Part shown: positions 1-9,638 of the stretch, in pieces
Layout of the letters: each line of letters opens with the position of its first letter
Numbering within the stretch: position 1 is the first letter of the stretch
From: an uncultured Actinomycetota bacterium
GTDB lineage: Bacteria > Actinomycetota > Acidimicrobiia > Spongiisociales > UBA4744
DNA: 64,000 nt
Reading direction: 5' to 3'
Assembly (NCBI GenBank): GCA_963707435.1
Contig: CAVPPF010000005.1
Span: 578,714-642,713, forward strand
Made by a program: the position numbers and the translations under genes
Notes under the pieces: model-generated
The model's database searches: none
What the model saw: the letters and a program-made list of their open reading frames with translations, nothing else
Told to the model about the DNA's origin: nothing

Positions 1-2768
1 TTGATGTGCCATACCGTTGTGCCTGTGACCTGTGCCATCAGCGACGGGTTGGCCATCCCGTAATCCAGGTAGCCGATCTGACCATCGAACACGTACGAGT
101 AGGCGTTCTCGCCGAGGAAGTTGTAGATCAGGTCCTCATAGCCGCCGGCTTTGAGCACATCGATCGGGTCTTCCTTGTCGTACGAGTTGAGGTCGCCGAT
201 GATCAAGTAGTCCGGATCGCCGCTGCGGGTTGGATCACCTGCCAGCCAATCGACCAAGGCTGCAGCAGCAGCCTTCCTGGTCAGGTTGCAGTTGCCCGCT
301 CCATCGCCGGTGTTGGGGTCGCCAACGTCATCGCAGGATGAGCCCTTCGACTTCAGATGGTTGACCGCAACGGTGACGAGCTCACCCGTCGCATTCTGCA
401 TGAACGTCTGAGCGAGGACGGGCCGGTTCTTGTCGTCGTTGAACCGCGAGTCCACCGTGGAGTCAAGCACTGCGAAGGCCCCCGCTGGCGTAACCGAGGC
501 CGGCTTGTAGATGAACGCAACCCGGATCGCATCACCACCAATAGGTCCGGCGGCGATGAAGTCGTAGGTCCCCGGAGCCGTAGCTGCGTTGAGGCCAGCC
601 ACAAGATCTGCCTCGGGTGTGTTGTCCGGAGCGTTCTCGATCTCGGTAAGGCCGACCACGTCGGCATCGATTGTCGCCAATGCGGCAATGATCTTGTCGC
701 GCTGACGTATGAACTCACCTGCGTCGTCGGCACCCCGGCAGTCTTGGTCGCCAAGTGGGCCACAGATTGGTCCACCGTTATCCAACGTAGTGAAGTAGTT
801 CAGCACGTTGAAGGTGGCCACCTGGAGAGAGCCACCGACTGGATCAGGAGCGGCCGTTCTTGGATTGGCGTTGGTGTAATCGGCTCCTTGCGTGGGCTGG
901 ATCCGGTACAGGTTGAACGCGTAGTCCATGACGCCGGTCACGTTTTCTACGGTGTCGCCACCCCGGAACAGGTTGGTCAGGTCGAACACGCCTCCATTCG
1001 GATGGATGGCCGGGTCCGAGTTCTGGCTGGTCCGCCCGTCGTCGAGCGTGATCCGGTCCAGCAGGTACTTCTGAGCCTCCAGGACCGCAGCGGGCCCCGG
1101 TTCGACCTCCGCCGTGGGGGTCAAGTTGCGCTGCGAGGTCAGCACGATCTCGTTGAACCGATCGAAGTTGAAGTACTCCGATATGACCAGCGCCTGCGGG
1201 AAGGTCACGTACATCCCCTCATACGCTTCGAAATCGTCGACCGCCGTCACCGGCAGCGACAAGGTGGCAGCTGTCGGCAGTGGGTTTCCACTACTCAGAA
1301 CGGTTACACCACTGAAAGAAGTGATCTCGGTCAAGTCGTTGAATTCGGAAACCGAACCTTCAACACGGACAAGATCACCGATTGCGACGTTGACCGCCGG
1401 CGAGCTTCCGTCAAATACGAAGATGCCTTCCGAAGTCATCGGATCGGCGTCGGCGTCGGCGTCTTCTTCCTGGACGTGGAAACCGTTCAGATCACCATTC
1501 GTTCCGCTGGCACCGTCCTGGAAATCGCCCACGACGATGCCCTCAATAACCACGGTATCCCCGACCAACGGACTCGCGGCTCCGCTGCCTTGGACCTCAT
1601 GGATCTTGACCTTGGTCACCACAATCGGTTCACAGTTGCTGTTCTCTGCTGTGTTGGCCTCACCAGGAGTGATACACCGTTGACTCAGATCGACGTTGTT
1701 CGCATTGGTATCCGTGCCGTCCGGGTAGCGAGAGATCCCAAGATCACCAACCGAAGAGTCGTCTTCCAGTCCCACACCCGACCCTTCTATGTATGGGGCC
1801 GCCGTGTCACCCTCATAACTGACCGCGTCGACCACCACAGTCCCCATCATCAAAGCAACTGCGTCCGGTGCGCCATTCTGTACAAGGTTGCTATTCGGCG
1901 TGACATCCAAGTCACAATTGTCGACATTGCCTGCGTCCCCACAAACAACGAAGTAATCGCCAGCAGCAAGAGTCACACTCGGAAGAGCAAAGTCCTCATA
2001 GACGGCTCCACCATTTCCGTTAACCAAAACCAGCGAGTACCCACTCAGATCGGCCGCAGCAGTCCCACTGTTGAAGATCTCAACAAACTCCGCCGTGTCC
2101 GTGCCCGGCTGGTCATAATCAACCTCATTGATCACCAGCTCTGCTGCTGGCGGTGGTTCACAGTTGCTGTTCTCTGCTGTGTTGGCCTCACCAGGAGTGA
2201 TACACCGTTGGCTGAAATCCACGTTGTTGATATTGGTATCTGCACCATTCGGATTGCGGGAGATCCCCAGATCAACAACAGACGGATCGTCCTCGAGACC
2301 GACACCCGACCCCTCCGTATACGGAGCGGCTGTGTCACCCTCATAACTCACCGTGTCGACCAACACCGACCCCATCATCAGAGCAACCGCATCCGGGGCG
2401 CCGTTTTGAATCAGGTTGGAGTCCGGAGAGACGTCCAGATCGCAGTTCTCGACATTGGCTGCGTCACCGCACACCACGAAATAGCCACCCGCCGGCAACG
2501 TCACACTCGGCAAAGCGAACGTCTGATAGCTGGCTCCACCACTGCCATTGACCAGCACCAGCTGGACACCATCCAGAGACACCACCGAGACCCCATTGTT
2601 GAGAATCTCAACGAACTCCGCCGTGTCCGTGCTCGGCTGGTCATAATCAATCTCATTAACCACCAACGTCGGTGGCGAAACCTGACCAACCGCTGGCACA
2701 ACGCCTACCGGCAAGAGTGCCGCCAGCATTCCGAATACCAATAGCAACGCAAGTCGTGTGCGTTTCAC
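1..2768 (-). CDS. ExeM/NucH-family extracellular endonuclease with signal peptide, two lamin-tail domains, OB-fold and EEP domain (3' end runs off the window)
   Basis: Manual minus-strand translation from GTG 2768 (SD GGAGG): MKRTRLALLLVFGML..., VNEIDYDQP/INEVDYDQP, KIHEVQGSG, ATFNVLNYF, VNHLKSKGS, IIGDLNSY, YSYVFDGQIGYLDY. Absent from the ORF track because there is no stop codon in the window. Confidence 0.9.
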   Translation of the reverse strand, partial: MKRTRLALLLVFGMLAALLPVGVVPAVGQVSPPTLVVNEIDYDQPSTDTAEFVEILNNGVSVVSLDGVQLVLVNGSGGASYQTFALPSVTLPAGGYFVVCGDAANVENCDLDVSPDSNLIQNGAPDAVALMMGSVLVDTVSYEGDTAAPYTEGSGVGLEDDPSVVDLGISRNPNGADTNINNVDFSQRCITPGEANTAENSNCEPPPAAELVINEVDYDQPGTDTAEFVEIFNSGTAAADLSGYSLVLVNGNGGAVYEDFALPSVTLAAGDYFVVCGDAGNVDNCDLDVTPNSNLVQNGAPDAVALMMGTVVVDAVSYEGDTAAPYIEGSGVGLEDDSSVGDLGISRYPDGTDTNANNVDLSQRCITPGEANTAENSNCEPIVVTKVKIHEVQGSGAASPLVGDTVVIEGIVVGDFQDGASGTNGDLNGFHVQEEDADADADPMTSEGIFVFDGSSPAVNVAIGDLVRVEGSVSEFNDLTEITSFSGVTVLSSGNPLPTAATLSLPVTAVDDFEAYEGMYVTFPQALVISEYFNFDRFNEIVLTSQRNLTPTAEVEPGPAAVLEAQKYLLDRITLDDGRTSQNSDPAIHPNGGVFDLTNLFRGGDTVENVTGVMDYAFNLYRIQPTQGADYTNANPRTAAPDPVGGSLQVATFNVLNYFTTLDNGGPICGPLGDQDCRGADDAGEFIRQRDKIIAALATIDADVVGLTEIENAPDNTPEADLVAGLNAATAPGTYDFIAAGPIGGDAIRVAFIYKPASVTPAGAFAVLDSTVDSRFNDDKNRPVLAQTFMQNATGELVTVAVNHLKSKGSSCDDVGDPNTGDGAGNCNLTRKAAAAALVDWLAGDPTRSGDPDYLIIGDLNSYDKEDPIDVLKAGGYEDLIYNFLGENAYSYVFDGQIGYLDYGMANPSLMAQVTGTTVWHI
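1627..2665. repeat. Intragenic tandem duplication (528-bp period) encoding two lamin-tail domains
   Basis: Identical 56-bp block at 1627-1682 and 2155-2210; 2107-2137 and 2635-2665 match at the same offset. Confidence 0.9.
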
Positions 2769-3011
2769 ATCACCCTCCAGTTCGCTTGTTCTCCCATTCA
2801 CCCCAAACAAGAGGGCCCACGGCACGAACGTGGACCCATGAACTGAATCGACCAGAAACAAAGCGCTCGGGGCATCGCAAAACACCCGAACACAAGCGGC
2901 ACTTGATCTCATCACGTGCAAGACATTCCCATCGCAATTCAGCCCGACGACCACCCTAGCGCATAGGAAACCACCCTGGGTGGGGCCCATGAATCCCCTA
3001 CCATTCAGACC

Positions 3012-3825
3012 ATGGACTTCCCTTCTGACGTCATCACCATCGACAAAGACGGCCACATCGCCACGGTCTGGCTGAATCGCCCGGACAAACTCAACGCCAT
3101 GAACGTGCCCATGTGGGAGGACCTTCCCCGGGCCATGGACCTCCTCGGGGCCGACCCCAAAACCCGGGTCGTGATCATCGCCGGCAAAGGCCGGGCGTTC
3201 ACCGCCGGAATCGACCTCCAGGCGCTGGCCATGGTCGGAGGCGGCCTCGAAGGCAATTCGGAAGTCGCCAAACGCCAGGCTCTCTACCGCCAGATCAAGA
3301 AGATGCAGCACACGATGACTTCGATCGCCGACTGCCCCAAGCCCGTCATCGCCGCCGTGCACGGGTACTGCATCGGGGCAGGCGTCGATCTCATCACCGC
3401 CTGCGACATCCGGCTGGCATCGGAAGACGCCACCTTCTCGGTCCGGGAAACCAAACTCGGCATGGTGGCCGACGTCGGGACGATGCAGACGGCTCCCCAG
3501 GGTGATCGCCCCCGGCCATGTGGCCGAGCTGGCCTTCACCGGCAAGGACATCACCGCACGACGTGCAAAAGACATCGGTCTGGTCAACGACGTCTTCGAC
3601 GACGTCCACGAGGCTGCGCTCGAACTTGCAACAGCGATCGCCGCGAACTCTCCCCTGGCCGTCCAAGGCGCCAAAGCGGTCCTCAAGGCAGGCGAGAACC
3701 GGTCTATCGAAGAAGCCCTCGACTATATGGCCCTGTGGAACGCAGCCTTCCTGCAATCCAACGACCTGCAAGAGGCCATGCTGGCCAACCTGGAAAAAAG
3801 GACGCCAGAGTTCAAAGGCGAGTAG
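3012..3825 (+). pseudogene. Crotonase/enoyl-CoA hydratase family gene with a +1 frameshift near 3489 (or a sequencing error)
   Basis: N-half has LNRPDKLNAM, AFTAGIDL and KPVIAAVHGYCIGAG; the C-half is in another frame (3502..3825). Removing A3489 restores GTMQRLPRVIAPGHVAELAFTG. Confidence 0.85.
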
Positions 3826-3863
3826 CCCATCGGTAGGGTTGACCAGAGCGACGGGAAGGGCTG

Positions 3864-4538
3864 ATGGAAGACCTCTCATTCCTCGACATGACGGTCCGCC
3901 TGCTGCTGGCCACGCTGCTCACCGGGCTGATCGGCTTCGAGCGCGAGGCAACCGGCAAGGCGGCCGGACTGCGCACCCATGCCATGGTCGGGTTCGGAGC
4001 CGCCCTCTTCACCATTGTCTCCATCGCCGGGTTCAACGAAGGAGACCCGGCCCGGGTCGCCGCGCAGATCGTCACCGGGATCGGATTCCTCGGGGCGGGA
4101 GCCATCTGGCGTAACGAATCCAACGTGAAAGGGCTGACCACCGCCGCCGGCCTCTGGGCGGCAGCTGCGATCGGCATGGGCATCGGATCGGGGATGCTGC
4201 TGGTGGCCACGATGGGGACCCTCATCACCCTGGGTGTCCTCCTCGGCATGCGGCGGATCGACCTTGCCATCGCCCGGAGAAACGCCGTTCCTCCCCAGCA
4301 GATCGGCGTCACCATCACCAGCGTGGAGCGCATCAAGCAGATCATCAAGATGGTGGAGAGGGTCGATGACAGCGTGGATGAGATCAGCTTTGAACGGAAT
4401 CAGGACGGTTCCGGAGTTCTGGTCCTGGCCGTCGAGCCCGATCGGGCCAAGATGGTCTCGGAAATGATCCATTCGATGAAGGGCGTCACCGATGTGGAGA
4501 TCATCAGCCCGCTCTATTGGAAACAACGCCAGAAGTAG
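3864..4538 (+). CDS. MgtC/SapB family membrane protein
   Basis: IGFERE, AAGLRTH, RVAAQIVTGIGFLGAGAI and GLTTAAGLW motifs. Confidence 0.92.
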   Translation: MEDLSFLDMTVRLLLATLLTGLIGFEREATGKAAGLRTHAMVGFGAALFTIVSIAGFNEGDPARVAAQIVTGIGFLGAGAIWRNESNVKGLTTAAGLWAAAAIGMGIGSGMLLVATMGTLITLGVLLGMRRIDLAIARRNAVPPQQIGVTITSVERIKQIIKMVERVDDSVDEISFERNQDGSGVLVLAVEPDRAKMVSEMIHSMKGVTDVEIISPLYWKQRQK

Positions 4539-4564
4539 GAGCCAAACCCGAGCGTGAGGACATC

Positions 4565-5650
4565 ATGATCATCCCAGTCATCCTTTCCGGGGGCGCCGGA
4601 ACCAGACTCTGGCCGGTCTCCCGGGAGCTGGAGCCAAAGCATCTCGTCGATCTCCTCGGCACCACCACCCTGCTCCAGAAGACGGTGGCCCGCCTCGAAG
4701 GGCTGCAAGACACTGAAGCCGCGATCGTGGTTGGTAGTCACGCTCACCATCAACTGGTGATCGACCAACTCGCCGAAGTCGGCGTCCAGCCCGCCGCCAT
4801 GCTCCTCGAGCCGATCGGGCGCAACACGGCCCCGGCCGCAGCCGTGGCGGCGATGGCGGCCGCCCGTAACGGCGAAGATCCCGTGCTGCTCGTCCTGCCT
4901 GCCGACCACATCATCGCCGACGTTGAGAGATTCCACGCAGCCGTGGAGGCCGGACGATCGGCTGCCGCCGACGGCTACCTGGTGACCTTCGGCATCATCC
5001 CCGAGAGCCCGCACACCGGCTACGGCTACATCCACAAAGGTGCCGTCCTGCCCGGCTCGCCGGCCTTCACCGTCGAACGGTTCGTTGAGAAGCCCGACCT
5101 GCCGACGGCAACCGAGTACGTGGAATCCGGCAATTACTTGTGGAACAGCGGCATGTTCATGTTTCTCGCTTCGCGATATCTCGAGGAACTCGAACAGTTC
5201 GACCCGCGCATGGTGAACGATTGCCGCCGGGCCATGGAAGTCGGAGAGGAAATCGACGGAGGGATCCGGCTCGATCGGACCGCCTTCCAGGCCATCAAAG
5301 GCAACTCGATCGACTACGCAGTGATGGAGCACACGGATCGGGCCGTCGTTGTCCCCCTCGACGCGGGGTGGAGCGACGTCGGGTCGTGGCCGGCGCTCTG
5401 GGAGATCACCTATCAGGATCATCACGGCAACGTGGTGCAGGGCGACGTGATGGCAGAGGGGACCACCAACTCATACCTGCGGTCGGAGGACCGCCTCGTG
5501 GCCGTCGTCGGGCTCGAGGACGTTGTGGTGGTCGAGACCGCAGATGCGGTGCTCGTTTGTCACAAGGACCGCGCTCAGGACATCAAGAAGATCGTCGAAC
5601 GCCTCCAGGAGGCCAACCGCGAGGAAGCCGCCAGAAGGACCGACCGGTAG
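4565..5650 (+). CDS. manC: Mannose-1-phosphate guanylyltransferase
   Basis: PVILSGGAGTRLWPVSR, EPIGRNTAPA, FVEKPD, WNSGMF, SIDYAVME, GWSDVGSW; ATG 4565 after GAGGA; no C-terminal isomerase cupin. Confidence 0.9.
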   Translation: MIIPVILSGGAGTRLWPVSRELEPKHLVDLLGTTTLLQKTVARLEGLQDTEAAIVVGSHAHHQLVIDQLAEVGVQPAAMLLEPIGRNTAPAAAVAAMAAARNGEDPVLLVLPADHIIADVERFHAAVEAGRSAAADGYLVTFGIIPESPHTGYGYIHKGAVLPGSPAFTVERFVEKPDLPTATEYVESGNYLWNSGMFMFLASRYLEELEQFDPRMVNDCRRAMEVGEEIDGGIRLDRTAFQAIKGNSIDYAVMEHTDRAVVVPLDAGWSDVGSWPALWEITYQDHHGNVVQGDVMAEGTTNSYLRSEDRLVAVVGLEDVVVVETADAVLVCHKDRAQDIKKIVERLQEANREEAARRTDR

Positions 5651-5731
5651 GCCTTACCCCCTCCCGGTCCGCTGATCGAGCCGCTACTCAGGCTGGACTC
5701 TCATGATCCACCGGGTCCGAATCGACTCCGG

Positions 5732-6913
5732 CTAGGCAATCGTGCGGCAGGAGTCGACCTCGACCAGGTCCAACGCCTTGGCAATCGCATCGATCAACTC
5801 GGCCCGGGTCGCGGACCGATGAGGTTCGAAGGGCAGCGGTCCGAGCGATGTGCAGACATCGAAGACATCGCCGGCCACCAGCGCATTGATCGAGTCCTGG
5901 GCGTAGTGGTCCTCGTCGTCATCGAAGTAATCGGCATCGGTCGGCTCAAAACCGAACGCGTTTGCGACGATTTCCGCCATATCCCCGCGCGTGATGACCT
6001 GCTCGGGACAGTACTGCCACTCCCCGCAGCCCAGTGCGACCTCCAGGTCGACATCGGGGCGGAAGGTTTCACGTTTCGGAATCGGGCGCGGTTCGAATTG
6101 GAGATACTCGCCGACGGGTACCTCAACCCCGAGAGCTGCCCCGAGCAAGTCCTCCACGTCGGCGCCGGTGAGTTCGGCGTCGGCACAGAGTTCCAGCCCG
6201 TAGGGACCGCAGCCCTTGATCAGCGCCAGCGACGCGAGCAGATCAGCGGTTTCCGCCACCTCCGCCTCATCGTCGTCCCAAAAGGCACCCTGGAAGTTCA
6301 CGGGAACGTTCTCATCGACCCAGGCTGCGGCACGCAAGCTCCGCAACGGGTCAATGGGTTCACCCCATGGTGTGCGCAGCTCGAAATGGAGATGCGGTGG
6401 GGTTGGTTCGGCGTTGCCACTGTCACCGACCCAGCCGATCACCTGACCGGCCGCTACCCGATCCCCTACCTGGAGGCCGGGGGCCACGCCACCACCCTGC
6501 CCGTCGTCGGTCAGATAGGTGTCGTTGTTGAGGTGGAGATACCACGAGCTCCAGCCGTCGTCGTGTCGCAGGAACACCGACACGCTCGATCGGTTGATCT
6601 TGGTCACCACCCCGTCTCTGACGGCCAGGACCGGTGTGAGGCGAGGAGCGGCGAGGTCGATTCCCTTGTGGTCACGTTCTCCGCCGTCGCGCTCGGCGCC
6701 GAACACCGACAGCACCTTGAGCGGGCCCGCCAGCGGCAACGTCATGCGATAGCGGATCGCCGGCGCGATGCCAACCGGAGCCGCCCGCAAGTCGCCTGCC
6801 GCCACGTTTGGTGGTGTCACAACGGCGGCCCCGGCGGGCAGCGGCATGGTCGGTACCAGCGCCGCGCACAGCACAAGCGCCAGCAGTATCGAGAGGAATC
6901 TGGTGCCCTTCAC
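5732..6913 (-). CDS. Secreted M23 family metallopeptidase with C-terminal SLH-like repeats
   Basis: Signal peptide; HKGIDL and PHLHFE zinc motifs; C-terminal YCPEQVITRGDMA and FEPHRSATRAEL. Confidence 0.85.
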   Translation of the reverse strand: MKGTRFLSILLALVLCAALVPTMPLPAGAAVVTPPNVAAGDLRAAPVGIAPAIRYRMTLPLAGPLKVLSVFGAERDGGERDHKGIDLAAPRLTPVLAVRDGVVTKINRSSVSVFLRHDDGWSSWYLHLNNDTYLTDDGQGGGVAPGLQVGDRVAAGQVIGWVGDSGNAEPTPPHLHFELRTPWGEPIDPLRSLRAAAWVDENVPVNFQGAFWDDDEAEVAETADLLASLALIKGCGPYGLELCADAELTGADVEDLLGAALGVEVPVGEYLQFEPRPIPKRETFRPDVDLEVALGCGEWQYCPEQVITRGDMAEIVANAFGFEPTDADYFDDDEDHYAQDSINALVAGDVFDVCTSLGPLPFEPHRSATRAELIDAIAKALDLVEVDSCRTIA

Positions 6914-6920
6914 CCAGGGT

Positions 6921-6947
6921 TCATCGGCATGAAAAAGAATGTCTTAA
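6921..6947 (-). promoter_or_regulatory. Candidate sigma28/FliA/WhiG-like promoter of the M23 peptidase
   Basis: Minus strand TTAA-N15-GCCGATGA, 7 nt before the GTG start. Confidence 0.45.
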
Positions 6948-7084
6948 TGGAAATCCCAATAGGTAAAGGGCTTCCGGGTGACCAGCAGCCCGTCGCCGTC
7001 GGGGTGGCGAGGTGCCGCCACCGAGTGCAACGCAACACCGCCGGCGAGACCTTCGGGGGGAAGGTCGGGATCCATGGGCCGTCC

Positions 7085-7224
7085 ACCCTCTCCGCTCCGC
7101 CGCCCTGAGGCGGCTACGCGCCTCTCCCGCCGGAGGTCGAGGCTACCCGCGGGAGTCCTACCCTGCCCCTTCCGACCGATTGCTACTCGCAATCGGCCAC
7201 CTCCCCCACCTTCGGTGAGGGAGG
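7085..7224. repeat. Two REP/CIR-like double-hairpin intergenic elements
   Basis: GCCGCC-ctga-GGCGGC (7099-7114) followed by cctctccc...gagg; CCGATTGC-tactc-GCAATCGG (7176-7196) followed by CCTCCCCCACC-ttc-GGTGAGGGAGG (7200-7224). Confidence 0.5.
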
Positions 7225-7231
7225 ACGTTGC

Positions 7232-7266
7232 CTGGAAACCGGCTACTGGAACCTGGGAACTGTTCT
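7232..7266. repeat. Degenerate 7-bp-period array (CYGGNNN)
   Basis: CTGG/CCGG/CTGG/CTGG/CTGT at 7232, 7239, 7246, 7253 and 7260. Confidence 0.45.
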
Positions 7267-8463
7267 TCAGCTCTCCAGGAAGGACTTCAGCTTGGCGATG
7301 CCTTCGTTGATCTCGTCTACGCCGATGCCGGAGTAGGCAAAGCGGATGTACTTCTCCGGTTCGCCCTGCTGGGCCCGGCCGAAGTGCAGCCTGGTCGTGA
7401 AGGACACTCCGGTGTTGTGGAGCACCGCCCGCCGGAACTCCTCGTAGTCCTGCATTCCCAGATTGGCCATCGCTTCGGTCACATTGGGGAAGAGGTAGAA
7501 GGTCGCGTTGGGCACATACGTACGGACCCCGGCGATCGAGTTGAGGCCGGCAGCCAGCACGTCCCGGCGTTCCTGCAGGGTGGTGAGGATGGCCTTGACT
7601 TCCGTCTGGTCGCCGGTGAGGCCGGCCACGGCGCCGTACTGGATGAAGTGGTTGGAGCAGGATTCGTCGTTGACATTGATCTTGGCGATCACGTCGACGA
7701 TCGGCTTGGGACCAATGCTGGCTCCCAGCCGCCAGCCCGTCATGGCGAATCTCTTCGAGAACGTATAGAGGATCACGGTGCGGTCCACCATGCCCGGCTG
7801 CTCGACGAATGACCGGCTCGTTCCCTCGTACCGCATGTCGAAATAGGCCTCATCGGCCAGGACGTACAGATCGTGGCGACGCGCCAGTTCGGCCAGCCGC
7901 TCATGCTCCGAAACCGAGCACTCGGCCCCCGTCGGGTTCTGCAGGTCGTTGATGATGAGCAAGCGGGTCTTGGGGGTGATCGCCCGCTCAATCGAGTCGA
8001 AGTCCAGACCGAAATTACGCTCCCCCTCCACGTACCCGTAGGGAACGGCCACGCCGCCATGGAACTCGATTTGTGATTCGTAGATCGGGTATCCCGGATT
8101 CGGGTAGAGCACCTCATCGCCAGGATTCATCAACGCGAGGATGAACTTGCCGATGGTCGGCTTGCCGCCCGGCTGGGCAACGACGTTCTCGGGTCCGTAG
8201 GCAACGTGGTGGGATGCAGACACGTCGGCGGCCAGCGCCTCGCGCAGCTGCGGGATACCGGCATTCGGGCAGTACCCGGTCTTCCCGTCCTTCAGCGCCT
8301 TCCAGCTGCCCTCCACCACCGTGGAGGGAGTGGCCAGGTCGAGATCCCCCAGGTGGAAGGGGTATACCTTGTTTCCCTCTGCGGCAAAGGCGTTGGCTTC
8401 ACCCGAAACGGCAAAGGCCGTCTCGGTTCCCAGTCGGGCAATACGGTCGGCAATGGTCACCAT
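7267..8463 (-). CDS. PLP-dependent class I/II aminotransferase
   Basis: GIPQLREALA, LQNPTG, LADEAY, TFSKRFAMTGWRLG (PLP Lys), YIRFAY. Confidence 0.93.
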   Translation of the reverse strand: MVTIADRIARLGTETAFAVSGEANAFAAEGNKVYPFHLGDLDLATPSTVVEGSWKALKDGKTGYCPNAGIPQLREALAADVSASHHVAYGPENVVAQPGGKPTIGKFILALMNPGDEVLYPNPGYPIYESQIEFHGGVAVPYGYVEGERNFGLDFDSIERAITPKTRLLIINDLQNPTGAECSVSEHERLAELARRHDLYVLADEAYFDMRYEGTSRSFVEQPGMVDRTVILYTFSKRFAMTGWRLGASIGPKPIVDVIAKINVNDESCSNHFIQYGAVAGLTGDQTEVKAILTTLQERRDVLAAGLNSIAGVRTYVPNATFYLFPNVTEAMANLGMQDYEEFRRAVLHNTGVSFTTRLHFGRAQQGEPEKYIRFAYSGIGVDEINEGIAKLKSFLES

Positions 8464-8472
8464 GGAGTTCTC

Positions 8473-9597
8473 CTATAAGTCTTCGGCGTTGACAATGCTG
8501 GGGGCGGCCCGCGGGATGTCTCCCGAGAGGAAGGGGGTGATGTCGTCGCCGTCCCAGACGGGATACCCCTGCAGTATGCCCGCAACGTTGGCGGCGGCCA
8601 GGCTGGACATCCCCTCTCGCGTCCACACGGTGGCCGAGGCGATATGCGGAACGACAACCACGTTGTCGAGTTCCGCCAGACCCGGCTTCATCGCCGGTTC
8701 GTCTTCGAAAACATCGAGGCCCACCCGGAACTCCGGGTTGTTCCGGCAGTGCTCGACCAGCGCCACCTCATCGATCACCGGACCGCGGCTCGAGTTCACG
8801 AGGACCGCATCTGGCTTCATGACCGCCAGCGCTTCGGCGTTGATCAGGTGGTGGGTACTGTCGTCCAAGACCGTGTGAAGACTGACGACGTCGGCTTCCC
8901 GCAGGACGTCCATCACCGAGTCCAGGCGCCGGCAGGTGAGCGGTCCCTCACCGCGGGCGACGAGGAAGGCGGAGTAGTCGGCGACGTACTGCTCGAGGGC
9001 CGGGTTCGGATAGAGGTCGTAGTAGACCAGATCCATCTTGTGCCCCTCGACCATCATGCGGGCGTAGGCACTCCCGATCCGGCCGGCGCCGATGACACCT
9101 ACCGTCGAGCCGACGAACCGCTTCCCCAGGAACATGGTGGGCAGCCAGCCCTTGTAGTGGCCGCCCCGCATGAAGCGATCGCCTTCGGTGACCCGCCGCC
9201 CGGCGGCAAACGTCAACGCAACAGCCATCTCGGCGGTCGTCTCCGTCAGGACACCCGGGGTGTTCCCGACGGGAATGCCGTTGGCGGTTGCTGCCGCGAC
9301 ATCGACGTTGTTGTAGCCGACGGCCCCGTTGCTGTAGGCCCTCCCTCCGGCTGCCGCCAGCGCTGCGAACAGGTCTGCGTTCCAGTCCTCGGTCAACTGA
9401 CCGATCACCCCGTCGCAGCGATCGCCGATCCGGGCGATGATTTCTTCGTTGGACAGCACAGCCGGGTCGGTGCAGATCTCAATCGAGCAGTCGGCAGATT
9501 GCAGAATCTGCTTCCAATGCTCGCCGGGCAGCGCCTTAGTCACAATGACCCGGCGGCTTCCTCCCGGATTGACGATGATCCATTCCTTCTCGGACAT
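8473..9597 (-). CDS. D-glycerate dehydrogenase / hydroxypyruvate-glyoxylate reductase (plant HPR1-like)
   Basis: CDGVIGQLTEDW, VGYNNVDV, GNTPGVLTETTAE, GVIGAGRIGSAYARMMVEG, NSSRGPVIDE, GLDVFEDEP, VPHIASA. Confidence 0.9.
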   Translation of the reverse strand: MSEKEWIIVNPGGSRRVIVTKALPGEHWKQILQSADCSIEICTDPAVLSNEEIIARIGDRCDGVIGQLTEDWNADLFAALAAAGGRAYSNGAVGYNNVDVAAATANGIPVGNTPGVLTETTAEMAVALTFAAGRRVTEGDRFMRGGHYKGWLPTMFLGKRFVGSTVGVIGAGRIGSAYARMMVEGHKMDLVYYDLYPNPALEQYVADYSAFLVARGEGPLTCRRLDSVMDVLREADVVSLHTVLDDSTHHLINAEALAVMKPDAVLVNSSRGPVIDEVALVEHCRNNPEFRVGLDVFEDEPAMKPGLAELDNVVVVPHIASATVWTREGMSSLAAANVAGILQGYPVWDGDDITPFLSGDIPRAAPSIVNAEDL

Positions 9598-9638
9598 GTG
9601 ATGTACCCCTTCTCTCACTCGGACCGGCGAAAGCTCCT

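Noticed and set aside
357-2744. 795-aa plus-strand ORF
   Set aside because: Antisense shadow of the ExeM/NucH nuclease; no recognisable motifs.
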